64,000 bases of DNA from assembly GCF_006345805.1 (NCBI RefSeq), contig NC_043015.1:24242001-24306000 (forward strand), read 5' to 3'. The translations under genes and the position numbers were made by a program. A model generated the notes under the pieces. That model saw only the letters and a program-made list of their open reading frames with translations, did no database searches and was not told the origin of the DNA. Positions 25,951 through 38,366 of this stretch are shown here, one piece after another. How positions within the stretch are numbered: the stretch's first letter is position 1; each line of letters starts with the position of its first letter. The DNA is from Octopus sinensis. Lineage: Eukaryota.

Positions 25951-26160
25951 GCGCGAGCTGGCAGAAGCGTTAGCACGCCGGGCGAAATTACTAGCAGTAT
26001 TTCGTCTGTCTAAGTTTTGAGTTCAAATTCTGCCGAAGTCAACTTCACCTTTCCTCCTTTCGGCATCAATAAATTATGTACCAGTTGCGTACTGGAGTCG
26101 ATCTAAGCGACTGGCCTGCTCCCCCAAAATTTCGGGCCTTGTGCCTAGAGTAGAAATTAA
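25951..26160 (+). mobile_element. SINE family A, full-length
   Basis: GCGAGCTGGCAGAAGCGTTAGCACGCCGGGCGAAAT...GAGTTCAAATTCTGCCGA...GGCCTTGTGCCTAGAGTAGAAA. Confidence 0.9.
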
Positions 26161-26259
26161 CATCATTCCATCTCTGTGTGACCTCGGTCCTTAGGGCCGC
26201 TCCAAACACTAGATTCTACAGTCATGACAGAAGTATACAATTAGCATTACTTGGATTGC

Positions 26260-26760
26260 ATCCCGAAAGGTGTCCATTGTCTTCAGAGCCAGAAAAGTTT
26301 TCAGATTCTTAAAATTGTTGAAACTCTACGCAGTACACAAGAGTACTACTATGCAGTAACACGACGGATTGCCGTAATGAATTACAGCTACCACATCTTC
26401 GAGGGAGCTGCTGGCACACACGGAGACATCTGCATCCAGAGAAGGGCCACTCAGTTGACTGCTATTAAATTACTTACAAAGACACCCCAGCTTCCAATCT
26501 ATTCTTGTATTATCGCTTTTGTCCTTTAGCTACTAAAATTCATACTCATTCTTTGGAGTTGCCTCGTCTTATACTTCTCCCATTCATCGCTTCACCTCTC
26601 CTCTCTCTTTTTATAGTTACCATCACTCCCCCATATCGCACTCACCCCTTAGCTGAGTCCTTCTTATTCAGAACATCACCTATCAGAAATCTTCTTTCTG
26701 TTCATGTTGACCCGCAACTGTTTAAACAGAGCATTAATGACGTCTATCTCACCGTCTTGA
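26260..26760 (+). mobile_element. CR1/L2-type LINE fragment, heavily decayed
   Basis: AVMNYSYHIFEGAAGTHGDICIQRRATQL resembles the P.LEYCSHIW.GA...LD.IQRRA.RL post-RT region. Confidence 0.6.
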
Positions 26761-27197
26761 GGTGTATAATATAACAGAAAAATCAAGAACAGATTAAAGT
26801 GTGGAAAAATTTTCAGTCAGAATATTTTGATTCACCCGTCCGCGAGTTTTGAAGATAATCAAACAGAATTTCCAAATTTGGTTCATATGTTTTCCAGTAA
26901 TTTTGCAAACACACAGATAAACAGACGAAGACAAGTGATTACATCACCCTGCTTTCGTTTACGCGCGCGGGGTAATACGAACAAAGAATAGTAATTTAGC
27001 GAAGTAAGATCTTCGGCTTAGAATTGCCAGAGAACAACTGAGGAACAACGTCAGAGTACTCTAAGACGTGGTGCAACTCAGCACAGATTATTTCGGTAAA
27101 AAATAATGACAACTAAGCAAATTACAGTTCTACATTTAAGGAAGGATAGAAAAATATTAGATTAATAAGCCCTAAAATTCACTCCATATTTGCCCAC

Positions 27198-27256
27198 GGG
27201 CATATGGCGTAGTGGTTTAGGGCGCGGGTTACTAACCCCAAGACTCCGAGTTCGAT

Positions 27257-27290
<34 letters not shown>

Positions 27291-27445
27291 CAACAACAAC
27301 AACGAAAAATACCTTAGGAAAGAGAATCCAGATTCGAAATTTCCCCAAGACACCTGAAGAAGGCTGGAGGTTATATCAGCCGAAATGCTGTGTTAACAAC
27401 AAACACGATGAGAACAAATATCCATCAAATGTAAATAATGTATAT
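27198..27445 (+). mobile_element. tRNA-headed SINE-like element with (AAT)n(AAC)n linker and a 3' hammerhead-like motif
   Basis: A-box TGGCGTAGTGG, B-box GAGTTCGATT; GACAC-CTGAAGA-A-GGCTG/CAGCC-GAAA-TGCT-GTGTT at 27349-27394. Confidence 0.75.
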
Positions 27446-28356
27446 AATGAATGCAAATTAGCCCTTAATATGGTTAGTCGTTGTGCTATCGACAATCTCC
27501 GACAAGTTAGTGTTGGTATTTATCTTCATAACTGTGGACCCATCAAAGAAGAGTGTCATCATTGCAAGAAAGCCATGTTGGACTAGGAGACGAATAATTA
27601 ATCCTTATCTTAACTTAAGCTGCAAATCAGTTGTAAAAGCTGAAAGGATTTCTTGACTGCCTCACCGACTAAATTCCTTCTTCAGGGAAGATATATTTAG
27701 AGCATTATAGAAGAAGATTCCAAAATTCCAAGGCGATGAGTTATATGAAGGTGGCAAAAGGACCTGCGACATACAGAGTACAAAGAGTTGTATACACATT
27801 TATTGGAAATAAGATGAACACAAAAAAGAACGAAGAACGTAGTTACAGATAAGGCAACGCATTAAAATAGTGCTTAAGAATAATGACAAACAAGTTAGCC
27901 ATCGGTCAGTAGCATATCGTCTGGTTTTCCTCGCAACTCCCCCTCTCTCTTCATCTCTCTCCTCCTATATTTTCCCCTATGTACGCATGTGTGCACACAT
28001 GTAGCAATATATTTCTCCACACGATCCTTAAAAACATTAATCTACCTCTTTTGAAAAGACACTACTTATAACAAGATTGGCATAAAAATAGGAATCTCCA
28101 TTCTCTGTCTCTCTTAGTATTATTATATAATAGCGCAAGCGTAGATGCATACATACACAGATTTATTTATTTATCTTTTCACATTTGCGCCAGATAAGGA
28201 AACAAGGCCTCCAAGATCCTTTACAAGGCCTCATACTGCTGTCTTGGCCTAAAAGATTCAAACTACTGTGAAATCCGCTTAAGGCATCCAGAACGTGAAA
28301 GCCAAACACAGTATTCTCTATTTTCTTAGTCTTTCTCCTTATGAGTAATGACTCAC

Positions 28357-28421
28357 CAGTACACACATTCAGATTCGTCTACTCGAATGTGACACCAACA
28401 ATCTCCTTCTTTCTCTCCCAT
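28357..28421 (-). CDS. Candidate start-codon exon
   Basis: Strong donor CTG|GTGAGT; the only frame open to the donor starts with ATG: MGEKEGDCWCHIRVDESECVY. Confidence 0.2.
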
Positions 28422-28718
28422 GTCTGACTATCTTTGAAAATGTTAAATTCACTAAAAATATTGTCTATACAGACATTGTTTTATTGCCAAAATTTCCTGT
28501 CTATAGATTGTTGGACACAAATAAAAACAGTTAAAACTTATATAAATATTTTTATTCATTAGTTGTTTATGGTATTCTGAATATCGGTTTACCTTCAACT
28601 TCATTCGTTCTTGAATACACAACTTTATTTCAGTGAAGTGAATTATTATTTACTCGCCGGGTGTAAAACAACGAGCAAGGCACTATATATATATGTGTGT
28701 GTGTGCGTGAGAGAGAGT

Positions 28719-28772
<54 letters not shown>

Positions 28773-28797
28773 CGTGGGTCACTGATGTGGTGTTTTG

Positions 28798-28864
<67 letters not shown>

Positions 28865-28866
<2 letters not shown>

Positions 28867-29510
28867 TGAAAATTGTATACAGTGCTCAGGTGCACTACAG
28901 CTAAAATAAGTGCTGTTGGCGGATTTCAGGAAGTATGGAGGTTTTGAAGCATGTAGTGTCTGGACAGCTAACAACTGATGGTGGTAGTTCATTCCTTGCT
29001 TCAGTAATTTTGAACGTGAAAAAATGTTTCCGAAAGTCATGGGTGCTGTGCTGTATTTTGATTTTATAAGCATGGCATTCAAAAAGGTGCCCAAGGCTGT
29101 TGTTTGAAATGTGGTGGATAATCTTGTGGGTGTCAACCAAGTCAGTTGCCAGATATCTGAGCGTCAATGCATCCATGCCCAGGGAACAAGTCGTTCCGAG
29201 TATGGTTGATGTCTGACGGCAGGTATTCGTTCTGTTTCACGTTTCTGAGCTGTTTCCTGGATATATATATGCTGAGCAAGATAGGGGTTCCAGACTGGTG
29301 ATGCAAATTCCAAGTGTAGACGTACTGCTGTCGTATACAATTTTAGATTGATAGCTGGACAGCGGACGACAAAGGTCTTACTAAGTGATGCTACTACCCC
29401 CTGAGCTTTCTTGACTACCTCAGAGATGTGGTTTGTCCAACGCAGATCGTAGTTTACAATAATGCCCAGATCACTTCCGCTAGACGATTTCTTGAGATTT
29501 GTGCAACTAA
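28865..29510 (-). mobile_element. CR1-clade LINE 3' end, decayed
   Basis: DLGIIVNYDLRWTNHI, LKLYTTAVRLHLEFASPVWNPY, DLVDTHKII, RKHFFTFKITEARNELP. Confidence 0.9.
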
Positions 29511-30108
29511 GGGAGTATATATATATATCAGAGAGAATAGTGCCAAACTTAAAAATGCGATAATCGATGTACAGTTTCAGCGCTGTAATCACAATGTCAA
29601 TAAAATGAAATTGATCGATGCGTAGGAGCTAAGCCAAAGGATGTCATATCGATGTTTGTGTGCGTGTATGGCTAAATAACATAACACGTCCTTATATTAT
29701 TTTAGCAGACTTCTTTAATCGTCAACTGAGTCTCAAGGGACAAGAATTCCGTTCACGGCACTGGAAGATATGCGAAATGAGAGTATAGAGCACGTGAAAA
29801 GCATGAAACAGTCTTCCTGAGTCAGTTATGGAGCTTTACAGCTATTGAATGTGGATATGACAAATTATTCTGCGATTTGGAATATATAAATTCATCTAGA
29901 AACTCTAGATAGGATAGATATTACGTCATATGTAAACAAACAAAAGGTTGGTTTTGAAGCGCTGAAATGTATTGTAGTACAAGTAGAAAGGTATATTTTT
30001 CTGGCTTCCTAGATGAGTTTGAAATTGAAGGAATGTGTGTCCGAGCCTCATGGCTGGTGGCTGACAGATATTTCTCCTCTGTAAGGATTTTATATACTAT
30101 TTTTATTT

Positions 30109-30213
<105 letters not shown>

Positions 30214-30224
30214 CAAACATGTGT

Positions 30225-30865
30225 ACAAAAATAGTACCAGCTTTGCTAGAAAAAAAGAGTTAAAAACGACTCGAAATTCACACAAAGCACTAACCTCGTG
30301 AGTTGAGATAACGAAAAAAAACACCTTTCTAGGGTGAGACAGACTCACAAAATGAAGTAAACAGATATATCCATATCGCGTGTTTTCGAACGCTGATCAG
30401 TTAATCATAGTTCTCATCAGTGGAACTTACTATTACTCCGGGCTAATATGGTAGCCTGCTTCGTGCAGCTTATGAGAAAACCGCTGAAAGCTTGTGTTAA
30501 TTCAGACCGGTCGAAGTGCATAGTATAAATAAAACAATATAATGTATTAAATATATTATATTATAGGTGGCCCTTTAGCACTTAGAACCTTAAAGGCTAT
30601 ACCAGCAAGTTCTACTGATGGAACTAAGATTTAACCAGAGTTCGAAATCACGTGATATGAATATATCTGTTTACTTCATTTTGTGAGTTTATCTTACTAT
30701 AAAAAGGAGCTTTTGCTCGTTCCCTCGCTTTTCGTCAACTCATGATGTTAGTGTTTTGAGTGGTTTTCGAGTCATTTTTGACAATTCTAGCAATACTTAG
30801 TACCTTTGTTTCTTTTTATGCCTTTAGGTGTTATTGCTAATAGGCCACCTATATCATAATATGTT
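30225..30865. repeat. Interlocked inverted repeats A...B-A'-B' (element 1)
   Basis: A 30225-30428 vs A' 30606-30810 (e.g. CTCACAAAATGAAGTAAACAGATATAT); B ~30551-30600 vs B' ~30812-30865 (TATAGGTGGCC/GGCCACCTATA). Confidence 0.85.
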
Positions 30866-30884
30866 ATGTATATATATATATATA

Positions 30885-31556
30885 TAAAATTATAATTGAG
30901 GGTATCCAGGATACCACCATGCTAGTGATGGAAGCGACAGCAAAAGCCTGATTCTAAAACCACATCAAGTACTCGTACAGCACAAGGTGAAGAGACAAAT
31001 AGACAAAGAAACTAGCAAAATACTGGATAATCCCAGATCCTGCGTTTCTGGCTCTGTATAAAAATATAATTTGCCTCTTCAGTGAGATAAACCATAATAT
31101 ATCACAAAAATGCAAATATATATATGTATATATACAAACAACATACGAATACTTACATATACGCAGGTATACATGCATATGTATATATATGCACAACCAG
31201 TTTGATTGTTTGTCTAAATACCACATGCCATATGGTCAAAATACTACCGTAGTGAATATAGTTACGAAGTGAATATAAATAAGGGTAAAACCGTTATTCA
31301 AAATAACGATCATATCATACAGACCCACAAACCTAGGATCTGGGATTATCCAGTGATTTGCTAGTTAATTTGTCTCGTCTCTTCACCTTGTGTAATATGA
31401 ATACTTGATGTGATTTTAGAGTCAGGCTTTGGCTGCTATCTCTAGCATGGTGGTATCTTGGATACCATCAATTATAATTTTAACAATAATTATTACCTAT
31501 ATGGTTTTTCTTCCCATGCTGGCCACTTGATATGATCGTTATTTTGAATAACGGTC
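30885..31556. repeat. Interlocked inverted repeats A...B-A'-B' (element 2)
   Basis: A 30885-31068 vs A' ~31318-31482; B CCGTTATTCAAAATAACGATCATATCA (31291-31317) vs B' TGATATGATCGTTATTTTGAATAACGG (~31529-31555). Confidence 0.9.
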
Positions 31557-31604
<48 letters not shown>

Positions 31605-31614
31605 ATTTCTGTGT

Positions 31615-31803
31615 GTGTCTGCCCAACACCGCTTTACAACCAATGTTGGTGTGTTTACGACCCCGTAATCTAGACGTTCAGCAAAAGAGACTGATTGCAT
31701 AAGTACTAGGCTTACAAAGAATAAGTCTTGGGGTCGATTTGTTCGACTAAAGGCGATGCTCCAGCATGGCCACAGTCAAATGACTGAAACAAGTAGAAGA
31801 GTA
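31615..31803 (+). mobile_element. SINE family B, 3' half
   Basis: TTGGTGTGTTTACG...CTCCAGCATGGCCACAGTCAAATGACTGAAAC. Confidence 0.85.
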
Positions 31804-32000
31804 CATACATATATATGTGTGTGTATGTATTTAGCATATATAATCATACTTTCATAGAAACACAGATACACACTCAGACTTGCATACATATTTCTAAACA
31901 TATATGAATGTATGTATAAAACACGCATGCATATCACGCATACGTACATGCACTCAATTCATCACACAACTACATACACACACAGGCAAGCGCCCGCACC

Positions 32001-32039
<39 letters not shown>

Positions 32040-32312
32040 ACACACACAGCCTTCCAAACTGAATGTGCGGACTGCGAGGAAAACTATTTATCATCGTATT
32101 TATTAAGATCAGATCGAGCGATATCAGTTCTTTATCACATTTTGTCCCCCAAAATGGCAGAATTATTTATTCTTTTGGTCCCACTACGTGTAACAACAAA
32201 ATCTAAGTCCTTGGATTACAAATGCATATATGCATACGTAAGGATATATGAATATGTATGCGAGTGTACATGTCTGCGGGTGTGTATATTTATGAGTGCA
32301 TGAGCGTGCATC

Positions 32313-32370
<58 letters not shown>

Positions 32371-32482
32371 ACATATATTATCACAAACGTATGTATTCAT
32401 ATGCCTATATATATGCAATTAACTGTACATATACACACTACATACGCATATACACATGTATACACAGGGAGATAGGTAGAAA

Positions 32483-32517
<35 letters not shown>

Positions 32518-32815
32518 TAGATAGATAGATAGATACATGCATACATACACATGTGTGTGTATATATATATATATAATATATATATACGCACACACACGCA
32601 AATATATATATATCTATGTGTGTGTATGTATTTATATTTATTGACATATACATATATCCAAGTAAACATGAGATTGTGTTGTGAGTGTTTGTACATAGAG
32701 CGAAAGTAAAGGGGAAAGCAAACTGCGAGCGTTGGTTTTATTGAACACTATCTTCAATATCAGTCTATCTTAGTTCTCTCTCCCACACACCACACACACA
32801 TATATAGATATACAC

Positions 32816-32867
<52 letters not shown>

Positions 32868-33262
32868 TGTGTGTGTGTGTGTGGTGTGTGTGTATATGTG
32901 TGTGTGTGTGTTTGTATACACACATCTATATATATATATATTCATATACAAATATATGTATTATACATATACCTTTATATATGTATTTTTATTAATGTCC
33001 GTACCAGTGAGCGTGTCGTTTGTGTGTGCATGTTTGAGTGGATGTACATGTACTTCCGTGCGTGCGTGCGTGCGTGTGTGTGTGTAAACTTTTTCTTCAT
33101 CTGGTAATAAAATATAGATAGTTGATTATGAAAATTCACGATATGTTTTTATTATTTCTATTTTCTTTATTTGTTTTTTATCTTTGCAGTATTTCAGGGT
33201 TTTTTTTAAACTTTTTTTAGTTCTTGTTTTGAATTGTTAGATATTATAAATATGTGTTTATA

Positions 33263-33417
33263 GAAGAAGAAGAAGAAGAAGAAGAAGAAGAAGAAGAAGA
33301 AGAAGAAGAAGAAGAAGAAGAAGAAGAAGAAGAAGAAGAAGAAGAAGAAGAAGAAGAAGAAGAAGAAGAAGAAGAAGAAGAAGAAGAAGAAGAAGAAGAA
33401 GAAGAAGAAGAAGAAGA
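33263..33417. repeat. Pure (GAA)51 trinucleotide tract
   Basis: Direct reading; produces the poly-E/S/L artefact ORFs. Confidence 0.97.
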
Positions 33418-33523
33418 TCTCCCAAAATGTGCAAAAACATTTTCGCTAGAGTCCACTATCAGTTACTGAGGCATTGATTGTCAATATTTGGTGATTTATT
33501 AGTCAATTTGTGTTGTGTTGTTA

Positions 33524-33559
<36 letters not shown>

Positions 33560-33945
33560 ATATGTATATATATGTATATATATATATGTATATATATATG
33601 TGTGTATATATATATATATGTATATACATATATGTATATATATATGTATATATATATATATATATATGTATATACATATATGTATATATATATGTATCTA
33701 TATATATATGTGTGTGTGTGTATATATATATGTATGTATGCATATGTATGTGTGTCTCGGTGTGTATAAGTATAGGTGTATATTGTTATATGTATATACA
33801 TACATACATACATATTCACACACAAAAGTTTGTACGTTCATAGTATGATGTTTGCGTGTATGTGAATATACGTGCATATAAAAGATGTGAATACATACAT
33901 GCAGACATACAAACACACATAAATACACACAAGCGCACACGATAT

Positions 33946-33983
<38 letters not shown>

Positions 33984-33989
<6 letters not shown>

Positions 33990-34037
33990 TAAATATAGGG
34001 AATGCGAGATACATACAGATATACCTGTGCATGTATA

Positions 34038-34072
<35 letters not shown>

Positions 34073-34150
34073 TATATATATATATATATACAGGTATATC
34101 TGTATATATCTCGCTTTCCCTATATTTATTAATATATATAGACATATATA

Positions 34151-34183
<33 letters not shown>

Positions 34184-34244
34184 TATATATTATATATATA
34201 CAGGTATATCTGTATATATCTCGCTTTCCCTATATTTATTAATA
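33984..34244. repeat. 44-bp unit present once forward and twice inverted (110-bp tandem period), separated by (TA)n
   Basis: 33984-34027 vs 34091-34134 (2 mismatches); 34201-34244 is identical to 34091-34134. Confidence 0.92.
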
Positions 34245-34272
34245 TATATAGACATATATAGTATATATATAT

Positions 34273-34306
<34 letters not shown>

Positions 34307-34557
34307 ACATATATAGTATATATGTGCTTGCGTGTTAAATCTATGAATACGTATATGTTATATGTATATTTTATCTGTTTATATTTTTTCAGAAATAGAC
34401 ATACATTCATACACACATTGATAAACTTCTCTTCCTTGCACACGTATACTCTTCCCCATATAAGACTCCTATGGTGATGCTTCTTCATGTATGCGTATAT
34501 ATGTATGTATGCCTCTCTTTTTGTACGCACTCACAAACACACGAACACACATATACT

Positions 34558-34588
<31 letters not shown>

Positions 34589-35266
34589 GTACACATACAT
34601 CTATGCCTGCCTGTGTTTGTGTGTGTTCATTTGTATAATATTTTTTATGCCTACCCATTATTATATTTTCGTCTTTTTCTCCATTTACTTTTACATTATG
34701 TCTTCTCTTGCTAAGATTAACTTATTAATCATTATAAACCTACGAAAAAGAAGTCTTCTGAAGAAAGAACATCAAACTCCTTCAGCTGGCTGCCCAAGAG
34801 CATTCTCCACTCTTTTTCTATCACCCTCTCTATTTATCTGGCTCTGCTACTCTCCTTCTCTCTCTCTCTCTCTATGATTATTTCACCTTCTCTCTTTTCT
34901 AGTTCTTCCTTGTCGTTTACTGGACGTGCCGTTCTTTCATTATACATTAATAGAAAGGGTAAGATGGTGGCGCAAAACTGACTGCAATAATTTTTCTGGT
35001 TAAAGAAGAAAACTACGAAAAATGACAGACAAGATATTTTCCCCTGATTCTTCTTTCTAAAAGGTGCGTGAAAACATACAGACGTACGGTGCAAACATTT
35101 ATATATTCATACACATAAACACATATATTCATGCATATATATATATATATATTACTTGTTATATATAATGTATATGCGTGTATTTATGTAAGTATATATT
35201 ATATGTAACTGTGTTTCATATGTACACATATGTGTATAAAATATAAAATATATCATATATTATATA

Positions 35267-35298
<32 letters not shown>

Positions 35299-35795
35299 GT
35301 GTGTGTGTGTGTGTGTAAACTAATATTTAAAAAATTGGCAAATAGATATTAATTACAAGTCGAGTACATGTTTAGTGGAGATTTAGTTGTTTTTGTCATT
35401 CCATCGTCGCTACATTGTTCTACTGTCTAAATAACTGAGAGCAGCTGCTTTCAAATTTGATCTGGAATTATTTCACTTTTCTAATATTAATATATCTTGT
35501 CATGTTTCGAAACTTAGTAAGACTTGCAAACTTTAAAAACAAAATTCCAATTTCAATTTAATTCCATACATTTAAACAAGAGGAATTTATCATTTTATCA
35601 AACGGTTCCCACTCAGTTTCCGGTCTGCCACGATAAAGGGAGACTGTTCTCTGCGGTACATGATGTACAGCAATTCGTCTCATATACGAGATCCAACATT
35701 TTCATATCAGATTACACACTGTCTTCTTCTCGAGGCACTTTTGATCTGTCCCCAACAATTACAAAGACTACCCTGCCCCAAACCCGCACACATAC

Positions 35796-35888
35796 TTTTC
35801 TTCGCCATTTTTGAGAGCGATTTGTCCATGCTGCAACACCATTTTATAAAATGGCGTTTTGTACAATGTTACCATGTCTTCATAAAAA
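35796..35888 (-). CDS. Putative internal exon (93 nt, phase 2/2)
   Basis: Acceptor CTTTCAAACTGTAG, donor AAA|GTATGT; single open frame FYEDMVTLYKTPFYKMVLQHGQIALKNGEE; phase-compatible with 36817-36886. Confidence 0.45.
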
Positions 35889-36816
35889 CTACAGTTTGAA
35901 AGCCATATCTGCAACTAACTACCATTATATATATCGTACTTGATTACGTATATATTGCGTAGTTATTTTCAAAAATATATATGATCAAGAAAATCACCCC
36001 AGATTTTATATGAGACGTTGGGATTCCTATAAGAAAATGCCTCCTTGACGCAAAATTGAACTGGCTGGCCACGATTGAAGTGTCTTTGCTGACAGATCAG
36101 CAAAGGCACTTCAAGAGTTTTTTTAACTCTTTGCTTTTATCAATTTTGATCAATTTACTGCCGGTTTAGAAAGGAATGTTGCTTTCACTATTTTACCATT
36201 ATTGTGTGGAATACAAATAAATTAATATAGCGATGGAGAAGGTTCCGTATGCTCACGAAATGATGTTGGAGAAACCGTGGTTGACAAGATCTATGCTACA
36301 TCGATCGAAACAGGGCTTAAAGAAGTATTAGTCTTCCTTTATATACCAAACATCACTCAAGAAGGGAGTTGGGATCGATGCATCGTACCTCTGCAACAAA
36401 CTAATGTTACACAAGTATCAGAAACACAAGTATGGAGTATTACCCTATTCATTGTACTTTAGATTGTGACCTATTAAATATACGTAATTAAGACCTTTGA
36501 CATAACCAAGCTTTGCTTGAAGCATCTGCTAAATCAACCTCGATTTTAAATCCATCACTCCAACGCTTCTATTTGGAAGTTTTGCTCATGTATCAGCAAC
36601 TCTCAGCATAGCACTAGAACTTAATCATGCATGGAAGTGTACTTCTCCACGCCACGGGTTGCTGTCCAAAGAGGAAAATTTTCTTAAAAGCTTGAAGAAC
36701 TTCGCATTAGTGTCGTTATGGTGTTGCGTCAGAACGAAAGCAGCTGGAATATACACAGCAAGGTAAACGGCAGACTCTAATTGTTCTGGAATTCTCCGTA
36801 TTGGTTGAGTTCTTAC

Positions 36817-36886
36817 TTTTCATTGCCACGTAAAAAATGGAAGATAAAGTTGACATTAATGACTTTCGAACTCGGGTCATAGAGAG
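36817..36886 (-). CDS. Putative internal exon (70 nt)
   Basis: Acceptor GAATTTTTTTTCAG, donor AAA|GTAAGA; preferred frame xLYDPSSKVINVNFIFHFLRGNE (phase 1 in, 2 out); a second frame is also open. Confidence 0.45.
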
Positions 36887-36952
36887 CTGAAAAAAAATTC
36901 GTGTTGCTTTTCTATCGAACACTTCTAACGATGCAGTAAATTCTCTGCTTTA

Positions 36953-37693
36953 TAACAGGCGGTATCAAACAGTTCACGGTCTAGTACAGTTGCGCACCAA
37001 CAGATGGCAGCACACAGTTGCGTGTGCAGTGAGAGCTAGCAGTGACCTTCATGGCGCAGTGTGCTGAGTGACATGGCTATATTTACTTCGCAAGTTGAGA
37101 ACTTTGTGTCTCTGTGATCATGTGTATGCTGTAACCTTCAACTTTTATTATCGACTGGAAGTTGGGATAAAGATCAAAGGTAAAATTTTAGGTTGAACTT
37201 GAGAAGTCTGGCACAGAGACATTGAACATGCTTGAGCAAGCGCATGGCGATGAGACAATGTAGGAGCCCTTCATCTCTAAGAGCGAAGAAGGCACGACAG
37301 AGACGCAGCTCAATCAAGAACATGTTCATCGTTCATTTCGACATTCGTGATATTACGCATGGAGAATTCGTCCCGCAGGGCCAGAACGTCAATCGAAAGT
37401 TCTACTGGAACGTTTTGAAGCCTTTGACGGAGGATATTCGGCGAAAGTGACCGGATCTGTCAGGCGCGAAAAAAACTGGATTCCTCACCACGAAAGTGCA
37501 CCCTCTTCTCACTCATGATCTCGTCAAAAACAACATGGTGTCACTTCTGTACCAACTTTATTCGCCAGATTTAACACCTGCATCTCTTCACCAAGAGGAA
37601 AGAGCAGCTCAAAGGTCGCCGTTTTAACTTAGGTAAATAAGTTATTTTTAATTAAACATAACCAGTCCGGGAACTTTTTGATACCACATCGTA
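36953..37693 (+). mobile_element. Mariner DNA transposon relic, internally deleted, TA-flanked
   Basis: Degenerate TIRs GGTATCAAA.AGTTC.CGG.CT.GT; MFIVHFDIRDITHGEFVPQGQNVNRKFYWNVLKPLTEDIRRK*PDL. Confidence 0.88.
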
Positions 37694-37759
37694 TTTCCAC
37701 CATTCTTTCTACCAATTCAAATATAATGAATCTCATTATGATTATGAAGCTAGTCTAAG

Positions 37760-37975
37760 ACAGCGAGATGGTAGAATCTTTAGCACGCCACACAAAAAGC
37801 TTAGCCTCATTTCGTCTGCCTTTACGTTCTGAGTTCAAATTCTGCCGAGATCGACTTTGCTTTTCACCCTTTTGGGGGTCGATAAAATAAGTAAGATTTG
37901 GACACTGGAATCAATGTAATCGACTTACTCGCTGCCCAGAAATGGCTGGTCTTGTGCTAAAATTTGAAACCAATA
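37760..37975 (+). mobile_element. SINE family A, full-length
   Basis: TTCTGAGTTCAAATTCTGCCGAGATCGACTTTGCTTTTCACCC...GGTCGATAAAATAAGTA...AAATTTGAAACC. Confidence 0.9.
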
Positions 37976-38366
37976 TTAAGCTGGTCATTGGAACATGAAT
38001 GAAGATAAAAATTGATAGAAAGTTTTCTTTAAAATAATGTTTGTATCATAGAAGAAGGGGCAGTCCCAGGTGGGTTGGTAACAAAAGTGTTCCGAAAAAA
38101 AGAACAGATAAAGCCGTGCAATGTGCATTCATAATGAGATGTATTTGATCTTCTCGATCAAAGATAACTCAGAGTTAAACAAGAACAACGATAAAAGCAA
38201 AAGGAAAAACAACACAAAACAAAGCAAGTGTAGTTGTTATTGTTATTAGATAAATGTAACGGACTATCTATGAGTTATATAGAGAAGTAATCCTGCTGAT
38301 TTAAAATTTTCTCCTCTTGAGAGTAAAAGTACATATGTCCGCCATAATAATACAAACAACACTAAC

